A stretch of DNA of 64,000 nucleotides. Origin: Sphingobacteriaceae bacterium (GTDB lineage: Bacteria > Bacteroidota > Bacteroidia > B-17B0 > Aurantibacillaceae). Shown in pieces: positions 19,888-30,240 of the stretch (positions are counted from its first letter, which is position 1; every line of letters starts with the position of its first letter). A program made the position numbers and the translations under genes. The notes under the pieces were generated by a model. The model ran no database searches and was not told the origin of the DNA. It saw only the letters and a program-made list of their open reading frames with translations. The stretch lies in assembly GCA_947480015.1 (NCBI GenBank), contig CANKBS010000009.1, positions 3,255 to 67,254 on the forward strand. The letters run 5' to 3'.

Positions 19888-21230
19888 TATCGTATTAGCG
19901 TAAGATCACCATTCTTTCGCACCTGGCGGTTGTTATACATATCGGCTACTAAGGTCCAAACATATACACCAACAGGCTGCTCCATACCATTCTTCTTGCC
20001 ATCCCAGCCTAAACTCTGATCATTGGTTTCCCAAACCATTTCACCCCAGCTGTTATAAACTCTGAACAAGATACCTTCAAATGGCCCACCTTTTACATAT
20101 AATTTGTCATTATTACCATCACTGTTCGGTGAAAAACCTCCAGGCACCTGTGGCAATAATGTAATGTCGATGTTTTTTCTTAAGGTATCTCTGCAACCCG
20201 CCAAATCAACAACCGTAAGTTTAATGCTGAATAATCCTGCTTTTTGATAGGTATGCACAGGTGCTTGTTCGATAGATGCATCTTCATCGCCAAACTCCCA
20301 GAACCAGGTACTGATATTGCCCGTAGGTGTGGTAAAATCGGAAAAATATACCGGTTCTTGCACTACCGAAGGATTGTTGGTCATCCCGAATTCGGCTTTT
20401 GGTTTTGCACTTACATTTACAGTGACAAACTTATCATCCGAAACACAACCTAAACTTGGCGTCGTGCCTGCCGTAACCGTTAGTATGGCTACAAAAGATC
20501 CCGGGTTTCCATACGTATGAACCACAGTACGGGTTGGTATACCAGTATAAAGCGGTGGCACAGTCAGCGAATCACCAAAGGTCCATTTCCAAGCAATGAT
20601 ACTTCCTGTACCGGCGGGTGATAAGGAAAGATTAGTGAAAACAACTTCTTTATTCTGACAAGCGGCGGCTACAGAAAAATTAGCAATAGGAAGCGCTCTA
20701 ATGCGGATGATGGTATCAAACACATCGGGACAATTTACATTTAAAAAACTGGCACCGGTTACCGTGAGCGTAATTACGTATTGGCCGGCTGCTGTATACG
20801 TTTTTAAGGGGTTTGAAGAGGTAGAAACAGAAGTGGGTAATGCATCACCAAAATCCCAATTCCAACTTAGTGCACTGGTGCCATTTTTTGAAGAGACATC
20901 CTGAAAAAGTATGGGGTAATTTAAACAGGTTTTTGGAGAAAAGTTAAACTTGGCCTTTGGCGATGGCACAAAGGAAGCGGTGAAGGCACTTGAGGAGGCG
21001 GGACAAATACCATTATTAGTAGAGGATAAAGTTAGGACCACAAATCCATTATCAATATCGGCTTGGCTTGGCAGGTAAAAACTATTTAAATAACCCGAGC
21101 CAGGTGTAAAGGTTCCAGGCGTTGATGTTTGACTGCTGGTACTCCATACACCAGAATTGGTATAGCCTGTAACCGTGCCGGTTAAGGCAATGAGTGCATT
21201 TTTACAAACCGGCGTAAAACTGTTATTAAA
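19887..21230 (-). pseudogene. N-terminally truncated PKD-repeat protein with T9SS type-B CTD
   Basis: Three PKD units (WDFGD, WTFGD, WEFGD) and CTD PGGFSPNSDGNND; frame open to 21230 with no start codon or signal peptide upstream of GTG 21041, bounded by TAA at 21233-21231. Confidence 0.6.
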
Positions 21231-21312
21231 TTAATTTCGTCATGCAATTTAGGGGGTTGGTCGACGTTTTTTCAATCTTTACCAAAAATATACAAAAAAA
21301 ACTGGAATTTCC

Positions 21313-22260
21313 GTGTTTTTAACTAAAAAATGGGATATTTACAACATAAAAATGTTAATTAGTCGCCCTGAAGTAGAACCTTTTAGAAACCTTGAACTAC
21401 TGGCTAAAAAAGTGGTGGAAGGTTTTATCACCGGACTCCATAAAAGCCCTTTTCATGGCTTCTCGGTTGAGTTTGCCGAGCATCGCCTATACAATGCCGG
21501 GGAAAGTACTCGGCACATGGATTGGAAATTATTTGCCCGCACAGATAAATTATTTGTAAAACGTTATGAAGAGGAGACTAATTTAAGATGTCAAATTCTT
21601 ATTGACACCTCTGCCAGCATGCAATTCCCTAAGGATGCAGAGAATACCAAATTGAAATTCAGTGTCTATGCCACAGCTGCTTTGTGTGAGTTACTTAAAC
21701 ATCAACGCGATGCCTTTGGCTTAAGTTTGTTTGATCAGGAAATCACAAAGCATTTAAAATCCCGCGGTAATCCGCTACATCAAAAAATGGTTTTAAATGC
21801 CTTACAAGATGTTTTAGAGGATAAAACTGAGCATAAAACAACGGCTGCAGCCAATGCCATTAATCAAATTGCGGAAATTATTCACCAACGTTCACTGGTA
21901 ATTATTTTTAGCGATATGTTTGATAGCGGAAACGATAACGAAGAACTATTTTCGGCTCTACAACATTTGAAATATAAAAAACACGAAGTTATTTTATTTC
22001 ATGTGGTAGATAAATCAAAAGAATTGGATTTCGAATTTGAAAACCAACCTTACCACTTTATTGATTTGGAAACGCAAGAGGAAATAAAGTTAAACCCTTC
22101 ACAAATTAAAGAACAATATAAAAAATCAATTCACGAATTTAACGATCTGCTTAAGATTCGCTGTGGGCAATACAAAATTGATTATGTGGAAGCTGATATT
22201 AAAGCAGGTTTTCATACGGTGTTATACAATTATTTAGTGAAGCGCCAAATGATGCTCTAA
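21313..22260 (+). CDS. DUF58 domain protein (vWA-like, MoxR partner)
   Basis: GLHKSPFHGFSVEFAEHRLY, MDWKLFAR, YEEETN, IDTSASM; likely start ATG 21352. Confidence 0.9.
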   Translation: MFLTKKWDIYNIKMLISRPEVEPFRNLELLAKKVVEGFITGLHKSPFHGFSVEFAEHRLYNAGESTRHMDWKLFARTDKLFVKRYEEETNLRCQILIDTSASMQFPKDAENTKLKFSVYATAALCELLKHQRDAFGLSLFDQEITKHLKSRGNPLHQKMVLNALQDVLEDKTEHKTTAAANAINQIAEIIHQRSLVIIFSDMFDSGNDNEELFSALQHLKYKKHEVILFHVVDKSKELDFEFENQPYHFIDLETQEEIKLNPSQIKEQYKKSIHEFNDLLKIRCGQYKIDYVEADIKAGFHTVLYNYLVKRQMML

Positions 22261-22321
22261 GAAATTGTTCAAGGTTTAAAGTTCAAAATTGATCAAGGTT
22301 TAAAGGGTTTTAGCGTGTTTA

Positions 22322-22345
22322 TGTCATCCTGAGCTTGTCGAAGGA
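22322..22345. repeat. REP-like palindromic unit TGTCATCCTGAGCTTGTCGAAGGA
   Basis: Matches the recalled GTCA-CCTGAGC-GTCGAAGG REP pattern common in Bacteroidota intergenic DNA; single copy in the window. Confidence 0.55.
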
Positions 22346-22405
22346 GGACTAATTTAATTCGAAGAGCTTATTGGTTCAAAAAGGGTTTAACGTTAAACGT
22401 AACGC

Positions 22406-22436
22406 AAAAAAAACGCTCCTGTTTGGAGCGTTTTTT
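22406..22436. terminator. Bidirectional intrinsic terminator
   Basis: AAAAAACGCTCC/GGAGCGTTTTTT stem between convergent genes. Confidence 0.82.
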
Positions 22437-22451
22437 ATTAAAATTTAATTT

Positions 22452-23840
22452 TTATAAGTGAATAACCTCGCCATATGCTACTGCTGCTGCTTCCATAATG
22501 GCTTCACTCATGGTCGGATGTGGATGAATGGTTTTAATCAATTCATGGCCTGTTGTTTCTAATTTACGAATGGCTACTATTTCAGCAATCATTTCAGTAA
22601 CGTTAGCACCAATCATATGAGCACCCAATACTTCGCCGTATTTCGCGTCAAAAATGAGTTTAATAAAGCCATCAGGGGCGCCGGCTGCCTTAGCTTTACC
22701 ACTCGCAGTAAATGGAAATTTACCCACTTTAATTGCGTAGCCTGCTTCTTTGGCTTTTTTCTCGGTATAACCCACACTGGCTACTTCGGGCTGACAATAG
22801 GTACAACCCGGAATGTTATTATAATCAATTGGATCGACATGTAATCCTTTAATTTTTTCAACACAAGTAATTCCTTCAGCGCTTGCTACATGCGCCAAAG
22901 CCTGTCCAGGTATACAATCTCCAATGGCGTAATAACCGGCAACATTCGTGGCATAAAATTTATCGGTTAAAATTTTTCCTTTATCCGTTTTAATACCGGT
23001 TTCTTCCAATCCCAATCCTGTAATATTTGCATCTATACCCACCGCCGATAAAACAATCTCAGCATCCAAAACGAGGTTGCCGGTTTTTGTTTTTACCGTT
23101 ACCTTGCAGTCTGCTCCTTTGGTATCCACACTTTCAACTGAAGCATCGGTCATAACTTCGATACCGGCTTTTTTGAATGATTTTTCTAACTGTTTACTGA
23201 CTTCTTCATCTTCTACCGGAACGATGTGAGGTAAAAATTCAACAATGGTTACCTTGGTACCCATGGTGGCGTAAAAATAAGCAAACTCCACGCCTATTGC
23301 TCCACTTCCAACTACTACCAATGACTTTGGTTGTTTCGGCAAGGTCATCGCTTCACGATATCCAATAATTTTTTTACCATCTTGCGGTAAATTTGGTAGT
23401 TGTTTTGATCGTGCGCCGGTTGCTAGAATGATGTGTGTTCCGCTATAAGCCGTCATTTTACCATCGGCAGCAATCACTTCAACCTTCTTACCCGGCTTCA
23501 CTTTAGCCGTACCCATAATGACTTCAATTTTGTTTTTTTTCATCAAAAACTGAATGCCTTTGCTCATGCCTTCAGCCACATCACGGCTGCGTTTTATAAC
23601 TGCCGAAAAATCAGCCTTTACATTATCGGCGCTTATACCGTATTCTTTCGAATGATTTAAATACTCAAATACCTGCGCACTTTTTAAAAGCGCTTTGGTT
23701 GGAATACAACCCCAGTTTAAACAAATACCACCTAAACTTTCTTTCTCAATAATGGCTGTTTTAAATCCCAATTGTGCCGCTCGAATGGCTGTAACATAAC
23801 CACCCGGTCCACTTCCTATTACTATTATATCGTAATTCAT
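22452..23840 (-). CDS. lpdA: Dihydrolipoamide dehydrogenase
   Basis: GSGPGG FAD motif, GGICLNWGCIPTK disulfide, GSGAIG, HPHPTMSE. Confidence 0.96.
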   Translation of the reverse strand: MNYDIIVIGSGPGGYVTAIRAAQLGFKTAIIEKESLGGICLNWGCIPTKALLKSAQVFEYLNHSKEYGISADNVKADFSAVIKRSRDVAEGMSKGIQFLMKKNKIEVIMGTAKVKPGKKVEVIAADGKMTAYSGTHIILATGARSKQLPNLPQDGKKIIGYREAMTLPKQPKSLVVVGSGAIGVEFAYFYATMGTKVTIVEFLPHIVPVEDEEVSKQLEKSFKKAGIEVMTDASVESVDTKGADCKVTVKTKTGNLVLDAEIVLSAVGIDANITGLGLEETGIKTDKGKILTDKFYATNVAGYYAIGDCIPGQALAHVASAEGITCVEKIKGLHVDPIDYNNIPGCTYCQPEVASVGYTEKKAKEAGYAIKVGKFPFTASGKAKAAGAPDGFIKLIFDAKYGEVLGAHMIGANVTEMIAEIVAIRKLETTGHELIKTIHPHPTMSEAIMEAAAVAYGEVIHL

Positions 23841-23922
23841 ATTTAAAATTTTACGGCTCTAAATTACTATTTATATTTTTATTAAATCAGGCTAAACCAA
23901 TTTTTAGCACCACAGATATTAA

Positions 23923-26778
23923 TTAGTTAACCGGATTTCCATTCACATCCAGCTCACTTACCTCAAAACCTAAATTCTTAATCTTTTCTAAGTTGGTAGC
24001 CTTATCTCCTACTACCACAATAATCATTTTACGGTAAGGCAAATACTTGCGGGCTATTTCATTTATTTCCTCTTTCGTAATTGCGTTTAATATTTCGGTT
24101 TGCTTAGCGACATAATCTTTTGGTAAATTATATTCCAATACCCGTTTAATAAATCCTAATTTTTGTAAAGGTGATTCATACTTTAAGGCATCGCTTTGTG
24201 CCATTGCATTTTTAGTGAAGGTTAATTCTTCAGGTGTGATCCCGTAATTGGAGTATTTCTGAAATTCCTTAAAAATCTCAGTAAGGGTACTATCTGTTGT
24301 GTTTGCTTTAAAACCACCACTCATGGTATATGGACCGGCGAATTTAGTACCATTAAAACCAGCGCGGGTGCCATAAGTCCAACCTTTTATTTCTCTTAAT
24401 AAATAATTCGTGCGGCTATTAAAAGCACCGGCAAAACTAAAATTCATGATCACATTTTTAAAATAAATACCGGTTGCTTCATATGGCAGCGACATGTAAC
24501 CAATACGAATTTCACTTTGTGCAGCACCTTTTTTATCTACAAACCAAACTTTTGTTTTTTCAATCTGCGGAACTTCAGGAAACAGCACTTCAGGGGTTTT
24601 TCCATCCTTTAATTTTGAAAGAAAGGCCAGTTCAGTAACCATATCCTGCTGGCTGATATCGCCACTCACAGCAATGGATGCAATGCCTTTCGTTAAACGG
24701 CTGTAATAATTCTTCACATCGCTGATGGTAAGTCGGCTTACCGTTTCAACATCTCCATTAGCAGAAACAGACATCACATGTCCCGAACCATATAAAATTT
24801 TATTGTAAATGGCGTCGGCAATAGCTCCTGCATTGGTTTGTTGTTGGGTAATACCATCCAGTTGTTTCTTTTTTTCTAGGGCAAATTCAGTCGTGTCGAA
24901 TTTCGGATCAAATAAACTTTCTTCAACAATTTTTAAAGTACTTTTTAAATTTTGTTTCGGCGATTGCACACTAATATTAAAATCTTCATCACCCGAATAA
25001 AAATTTACCGAAGCACCTAATCGATCTAAACGATTTTCAATTTCTTCGGCACTGGTTGAATTTGTGCTTTGACCAAGCATAGCGGCGAGCAACTGCGATA
25101 AACCCGATTTATCTCGGCTTTCATAACGATGCCCGGCTTTAAAGGTGATAAGCACATTTACTTTTGGAATCTCATTTTCAAAAATGCCAATGAGTGGAAT
25201 GGAATTACTTATTTTGCCGGTATAAAAATCAGGCACCGAAACCGGTACAGCTTGAGTTGCGGGTGGCATGGTACTGCGATTAAAATCATCCTTAGCCTCG
25301 GTATAACTTAAGTTTTTGTATTCAGCACTTTCCGATTCAATGTTACGGTTATACATTTTCCAGGTATCGGCTGTTGCAATTAAATCCACTTTTCCTTTAG
25401 GCACACAACTTAAAATAACAGCCGGTTTGTTTTTAAGATAGGTGGTATAAACCCGCATCACATCGGCTTTCGAAACCGAGAGGTAGCGTTGTAATTCTTT
25501 TTTAAGGTTATTGGCATCTTTAGTTAAAGTAAAGTAAGCAGCTAAACTTGCTCCTTTGCCACGCACAGTGCTGAGTGTATTATACGTATTACTTTGATAC
25601 TGTGCTCTGAATTTTAAGATATCATCGTCGGTGGCACCCTTTTTTTCCCAGGCATCTAAAACATTTTTTAGTTCTTTTTCAATGTCTACCAGTTTGGTAT
25701 TGGGATTGGCTCTGATGACCATTTGAAATTGACCGGCTAATTCGCGCGAATATTGATAACAATTAGCACTCACTGCTTTTTTCGATTCTATAAATCCCTT
25801 ATAAAATGGCGACCCCTGGGTACCTGATAATATTTGTGCTAATACATCTAAAGCTGCATCATCCTTGGTGTTGGCCGGAATGGTTGGAAATGCAAGATTT
25901 AACATGGGGAATTTCACATTATCTTCATAAGAAACATAACGATTGGCCTCCAATTTAAAAGGTGTTATCACCTGCGTGTTTACTTCAGGACCTCGGCTAA
26001 TGCCGCCAAAATACTTTTGCGCCAACGTTAACACATCATTGGTGTTCACATCACCGGCAACGGTTAATACGGCGTTATTAGGCCCATACCAGCGCATGTA
26101 AAAACGCTTTAAGTCCCCAACATCCACACGATTAAGATCTTCAATATATCCAATAGTAGTCCAGCTGTAAGGATGTCCCTGAGGATATAAAGCCTCACCT
26201 ATTTTTTCACCAACCACCCCATATGGAGCATTGTCGTAACGCTGACCTCTTTCATTTTTTACCGTGGCCCTTTGCACTTCAAATTTGCGTTGTGTTACCG
26301 AATCGAGCAAAAAGCCCATACGATCGGCTTCAAGCCAAAGCATTTTTTCGAGTTGGTTGCTTGGCACCGTTTCAAAATAATTGGTGCGATCGGTATTGGT
26401 AGAACCGTTTAAGGTTCCGCCGGCTTCTGTAATTATTTTAAAATGTTGTTCATCGGCTACGTTTTTTGAACCCTGAAACATCATGTGCTCAAAAAAGTGA
26501 GCAAAACCACTACGTCCCTGCTGTTCGCGAGCGCTTCCAACATGATAAGTAACATCCACATAAACAATCGGATCGCTATGATCTTCATGAATAATTATAG
26601 TCATACCATTAGATAGTTGATACCGTTTAAAAGGTATAACTAAGGCGGTTCCGCTTTTTTTAACTTCTTCAATTAAAACCGGCATTGAGCCTTTATTTTT
26701 GGTATCGCTACCCTTTTGTGCCTGTATTTGGCCTAAACCCGAAATAAGTAGCGCCCCGATGAGGAATGATTTTTGCAT
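23923..26778 (-). CDS. M16 family zinc protease (PqqL-like)
   Basis: GFAHFFEHMMF (HxxEH), NGSTNTDRTNY, four-domain M16 length, signal peptide. Confidence 0.92.
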   Translation of the reverse strand: MQKSFLIGALLISGLGQIQAQKGSDTKNKGSMPVLIEEVKKSGTALVIPFKRYQLSNGMTIIIHEDHSDPIVYVDVTYHVGSAREQQGRSGFAHFFEHMMFQGSKNVADEQHFKIITEAGGTLNGSTNTDRTNYFETVPSNQLEKMLWLEADRMGFLLDSVTQRKFEVQRATVKNERGQRYDNAPYGVVGEKIGEALYPQGHPYSWTTIGYIEDLNRVDVGDLKRFYMRWYGPNNAVLTVAGDVNTNDVLTLAQKYFGGISRGPEVNTQVITPFKLEANRYVSYEDNVKFPMLNLAFPTIPANTKDDAALDVLAQILSGTQGSPFYKGFIESKKAVSANCYQYSRELAGQFQMVIRANPNTKLVDIEKELKNVLDAWEKKGATDDDILKFRAQYQSNTYNTLSTVRGKGASLAAYFTLTKDANNLKKELQRYLSVSKADVMRVYTTYLKNKPAVILSCVPKGKVDLIATADTWKMYNRNIESESAEYKNLSYTEAKDDFNRSTMPPATQAVPVSVPDFYTGKISNSIPLIGIFENEIPKVNVLITFKAGHRYESRDKSGLSQLLAAMLGQSTNSTSAEEIENRLDRLGASVNFYSGDEDFNISVQSPKQNLKSTLKIVEESLFDPKFDTTEFALEKKKQLDGITQQQTNAGAIADAIYNKILYGSGHVMSVSANGDVETVSRLTISDVKNYYSRLTKGIASIAVSGDISQQDMVTELAFLSKLKDGKTPEVLFPEVPQIEKTKVWFVDKKGAAQSEIRIGYMSLPYEATGIYFKNVIMNFSFAGAFNSRTNYLLREIKGWTYGTRAGFNGTKFAGPYTMSGGFKANTTDSTLTEIFKEFQKYSNYGITPEELTFTKNAMAQSDALKYESPLQKLGFIKRVLEYNLPKDYVAKQTEILNAITKEEINEIARKYLPYRKMIIVVVGDKATNLEKIKNLGFEVSELDVNGNPVN

Positions 26779-26919
26779 AAGATTAATTTAGTTGGGCAAA
26801 TATAGAGCAGTTTGGCAAACTTTTTAAGTTTATGGTATAAAAGGTTTTAAAACAATTTAACATGCTTCTGCCAGAATGCCATTTATTGTTTTTAAATTTG
26901 TAACTTAAATATTAATTAC

Positions 26920-27330
26920 ATGTATCCTGAAGCAATTGTAAATCCCATGAAAGCCGAACTAACTACAGCCGGTTTTTTAGAATTATTAAATCCTGAAGAT
27001 GTTGACACCGTTGTTAAATCAGAAGGCACCGTTTTAATGGTCGTAAACTCTGTTTGCGGATGCGCTGCGGGAGCTTGTCGTCCGGGCGTAAGAAAAAGTC
27101 TTGAAAACAGCAAAAAACCATCTAAACTAACCACCGTTTTTGCTGGTTTTGATGTAGATGCAGTAAACCAAGCCAGAAAACACTTTGCACCATATCCGCC
27201 AAGTAGTCCTGCTATTGCCTTATTTAAAAATGGCGAGTTAGTGCATTTTATTGAAAGACATAACATCGAAGGACACAATGCCAATGCTATTTCTGAGCAT
27301 TTAAAGGCTGTTTACGACGAGTTTTGTTAA
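26920..27330 (+). CDS. BrxA/BrxB family bacilliredoxin
   Basis: NSVCGCAAG CGC motif, PPSSPAIALFK. Confidence 0.9.
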   Translation: MYPEAIVNPMKAELTTAGFLELLNPEDVDTVVKSEGTVLMVVNSVCGCAAGACRPGVRKSLENSKKPSKLTTVFAGFDVDAVNQARKHFAPYPPSSPAIALFKNGELVHFIERHNIEGHNANAISEHLKAVYDEFC

Positions 27331-27436
27331 AAAAAACCCTGTTTATTTTTTAAAAAATTAGCTAATCATTATTTTATTGTATTTGCTTAATTTTGTATGT
27401 TTAAACAGTTTTCGAGTTAACTATAAAAATAAATTT

Positions 27437-28300
27437 ATGAATAAACTAAGGATTATTATTGCTGGTTTAATTCTGTCCATTGGAGGTTTAACCTTTAGCA
27501 ATTGTGGAGATAAAGAAGATCCAATAGCCAAGGCTCTTGCCGATAGTCTTAAAAATGCCAACGGTTCACTGTCCGGTCAGTTAAATGATAAGGAAGCGGC
27601 TTTGCAAGAGTTTATTGCTTCCTTTAATGAAATTCAGGAAAATCTGAACGCCATCAAGGAAAAAGAAAAGATTGTGACCAATGCCAGTTCAAAGGGTGAT
27701 GTGCGCAGTAAACAAGGGCAAATTCAGGAAGACATTCAGTCAATTTATGACTTAATGGCCAAAAACAAAAATCGTATTGGCTCCTTAACCGCGAAATTAA
27801 AACAAAGCAAATTAAAGATCAGTGGTCTCGAAAAAATGATTGAGAATTTACAAAACTCTTTGGTTTTAAAAGATGAAGAAATCGCCGAATTAAAAACCAG
27901 AATGGAAGGTTTAAATATTGAATTAGCCAATTTAAACACTAATTACAAGGTGGTTGAATCGGATAACATTCAAAAAACAGAAGCCCTCAACACGGCCTAT
28001 TATGCAATTGGTACAACAAAAGAATTAAAAGAGAAAAAAGTAATCAGCAAAGAAGGCGGATTTATTGGACTTGGAAAATCAACCAAGGTAAGTACCGATT
28101 TTAATAAAGAGTATTTTACTAAAATTAATATCGAACAAACGACCAACATTAATATTGGTGCTAAAAAAGTAAAACTGTTAACGTCACATCCTTCATCATC
28201 TTATAAATTAGTTGGCCAAAAACCGGTTGAAAAAATCGAGATTACGAATCCTAAAGAATTTTGGGGCGCCTCTAAATACCTTGTAATTATCATTGACTAA
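27437..28300 (+). CDS. Coiled-coil lipoprotein, Cbp1-like family
   Basis: Signal peptide with Cys, long heptad region, C-terminal AYYAIGTTKELKEK...GGFIGLGK; ATG 27437 preferred over TTG 27377. Confidence 0.6.
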   Translation: MNKLRIIIAGLILSIGGLTFSNCGDKEDPIAKALADSLKNANGSLSGQLNDKEAALQEFIASFNEIQENLNAIKEKEKIVTNASSKGDVRSKQGQIQEDIQSIYDLMAKNKNRIGSLTAKLKQSKLKISGLEKMIENLQNSLVLKDEEIAELKTRMEGLNIELANLNTNYKVVESDNIQKTEALNTAYYAIGTTKELKEKKVISKEGGFIGLGKSTKVSTDFNKEYFTKINIEQTTNINIGAKKVKLLTSHPSSSYKLVGQKPVEKIEITNPKEFWGASKYLVIIID

Positions 28301-28321
28301 TGTCACATTTTTCTTGAAATT

Positions 28322-28348
28322 AAAAGCTCCTCTTAGAGGGGCTTTTTT
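28322..28348 (+). terminator. Intrinsic terminator
   Basis: AAAAGCTCCTCT/AGAGGGGCTTTT stem plus T run. Confidence 0.78.
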
Positions 28349-28510
28349 TTTGATTAAACTTTTTTAAAAAAACGTATGGTCAGAATCCCTTAATCAACAA
28401 GCCAAACAGAGTATTAACGTGCACTCGTGCAAAAAACGTTTTTAGTCTCATTTGTTTATATAAATTGAATTGATACATTTGTTGCATAACCTTTAAAACC
28501 CGTTTTAAAA

Positions 28511-28735
28511 ATGAAAAAAATTTTATTAGTTGCAGCTGTTGCCAGTTTAAGTTTAGTATCCTGCAAAAAGGACTATACCTGTGAATGTACGACTAAGGAT
28601 AATACCGGAGCCATACTTACTTCTAATTCTGTAACAATTAAAGAGACCAAATCGAAAGCTAAAGATGCTTGCAGTGGAAAAGTTACAAGTTCTGGTGGTG
28701 GAAGTTCAATCACAATGGAATGTGCAATTAAATAA
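28511..28735 (+). CDS. Small cysteine-rich lipoprotein
   Basis: MKK signal, lipobox LVSC, CKKDYTCEC and two further Cys. Confidence 0.75.
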   Translation: MKKILLVAAVASLSLVSCKKDYTCECTTKDNTGAILTSNSVTIKETKSKAKDACSGKVTSSGGGSSITMECAIK

Positions 28736-28756
28736 TTGACCTTAACGTATTCGTTT

Positions 28757-28787
28757 AAAACGCCCTGAAATTTCAGGGCGTTTTTTT
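28757..28787. terminator. Bidirectional intrinsic terminator
   Basis: Perfect palindrome AAAACGCCCTGAAA/TTTCAGGGCGTTTT between convergent genes. Confidence 0.82.
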
Positions 28788-28806
28788 ATTTAGCAAATTC
28801 CACCAA

Positions 28807-30063
28807 TTAATCGTTGTTCCAAATTTTACCGGAAATTACCAACTGATCAATAAGATTTGTTCCAAAAGCATAAGGTAAAAATCCATATGAACTTATTTCC
28901 GTTGTAATGATCAAATTGGCCAGTTTTCCTTCGGTAATTGTACCCACTTCATTTTGCAAATTCATGGCATAGGCCGAGTTAATGCTCATGGCGTTAATCG
29001 CTTCTTCCGGTGTTAGTTTATATTGAATACAAGCCAGGCTCATCATCACTTTCATGTTACCACTCGGACAAGAACCCGGATTAAAATCGCTAGCAAAGGC
29101 CACTGCTAGTCCGGCATCTATCATTTTACGTGCAGGTGGTAATTGTAAGCTTAAAAACAAGGCGGCTCCGGGTAAAATGGTCGGCATGGTTGAACTGTTT
29201 TTAAGCACTTCCATGTCGGCCTCATTACAATACTCTAGGTGATCTACACTGATGGCTCCACATGCTACACCTGCTTTTATTCCATTACTGTGACTCATTT
29301 GTTCGGCATGTACCTTGGCTTTTAAGCCATGTTTATTGCCGGCTTCCAATAATTGCGTCGTTTCATCGGCATTAAAATAGCCTTGCTCGCAAAATACATC
29401 CATAAAATCGGCAAGCTTTTCGGCCGCAATAGCAGGAAGCATTTCAGAAATGATTAAATCGATATAGGCTTGTTTATTACCGGTAAACTCTGGCGGTAAT
29501 GCATGTGCGCCTAAAAACGTGGCTTTTACCGGAATCCAGTTTAAATCTTTTAAACGTTTTATCACGCGAAGCATTTTTAATTCACTGGCTAGGTCTAAAC
29601 CATATCCGCTTTTTATTTCAACTGAGCCCGTTCCCTGCGAAATTATTTCGCGTAATCTTGCTTTTGCTTGCTCAAACAAATCGTCTTCCGAACAAGCTCT
29701 TAATTTTTTTGCTGAATTTAAAATCCCGCCCCCTCTTTTGGCAATGTCCTCATAACTCAATCCATTAATGCGATCTACAAATTCTTGTTCTCTATTTCCG
29801 GCGTACACTATATGCGTGTGCGAATCGGCAAAACAAGGCAATACAATTTTTCCACTGCAATCAATCACCTCCAACTCTTTCCAATCCATAATTCCGGGAA
29901 AATCATCCATTCTTCCATAAGCCACTATGCGGTCTGCTTCACAAGCTAACCAGGCATTTTCAATACATGGCAATTGCTTCATTTCAGCACCTGCTAATTT
30001 TTGAGGCGCATGCTCGTAAACACTTAAAAGGGATTTTATATTTTTTAAAAGTAATTTTTGCAT
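28807..30063 (-). CDS. hutI: Imidazolonepropionase
   Basis: DSHTH metal motif, EIKSGYGL, HAEQ, VDHLE, SDFNPG; ATG 30063 preferred over 30117. Confidence 0.93.
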   Translation of the reverse strand: MQKLLLKNIKSLLSVYEHAPQKLAGAEMKQLPCIENAWLACEADRIVAYGRMDDFPGIMDWKELEVIDCSGKIVLPCFADSHTHIVYAGNREQEFVDRINGLSYEDIAKRGGGILNSAKKLRACSEDDLFEQAKARLREIISQGTGSVEIKSGYGLDLASELKMLRVIKRLKDLNWIPVKATFLGAHALPPEFTGNKQAYIDLIISEMLPAIAAEKLADFMDVFCEQGYFNADETTQLLEAGNKHGLKAKVHAEQMSHSNGIKAGVACGAISVDHLEYCNEADMEVLKNSSTMPTILPGAALFLSLQLPPARKMIDAGLAVAFASDFNPGSCPSGNMKVMMSLACIQYKLTPEEAINAMSINSAYAMNLQNEVGTITEGKLANLIITTEISSYGFLPYAFGTNLIDQLVISGKIWNND

Positions 30064-30240
30064 AAGCAGCGAATTAAACGACAAGTCGCCTTGCCGTGGT
30101 TTTGTATACAACCACAAAGGTATTAAAGAATTTATTCATTAAAAGCATCTGAAAAAGGATTCGTGAACTTTTAAAAAAAACATCTCATGAGTAAAGAGGG
30201 AAAAATCAGATAAAAGATAAAATTGTATCTTTAGACCAAT

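Noticed and set aside
26916-27284. 122-aa minus-strand ORF
   Set aside because: Antisense shadow of the bacilliredoxin gene.
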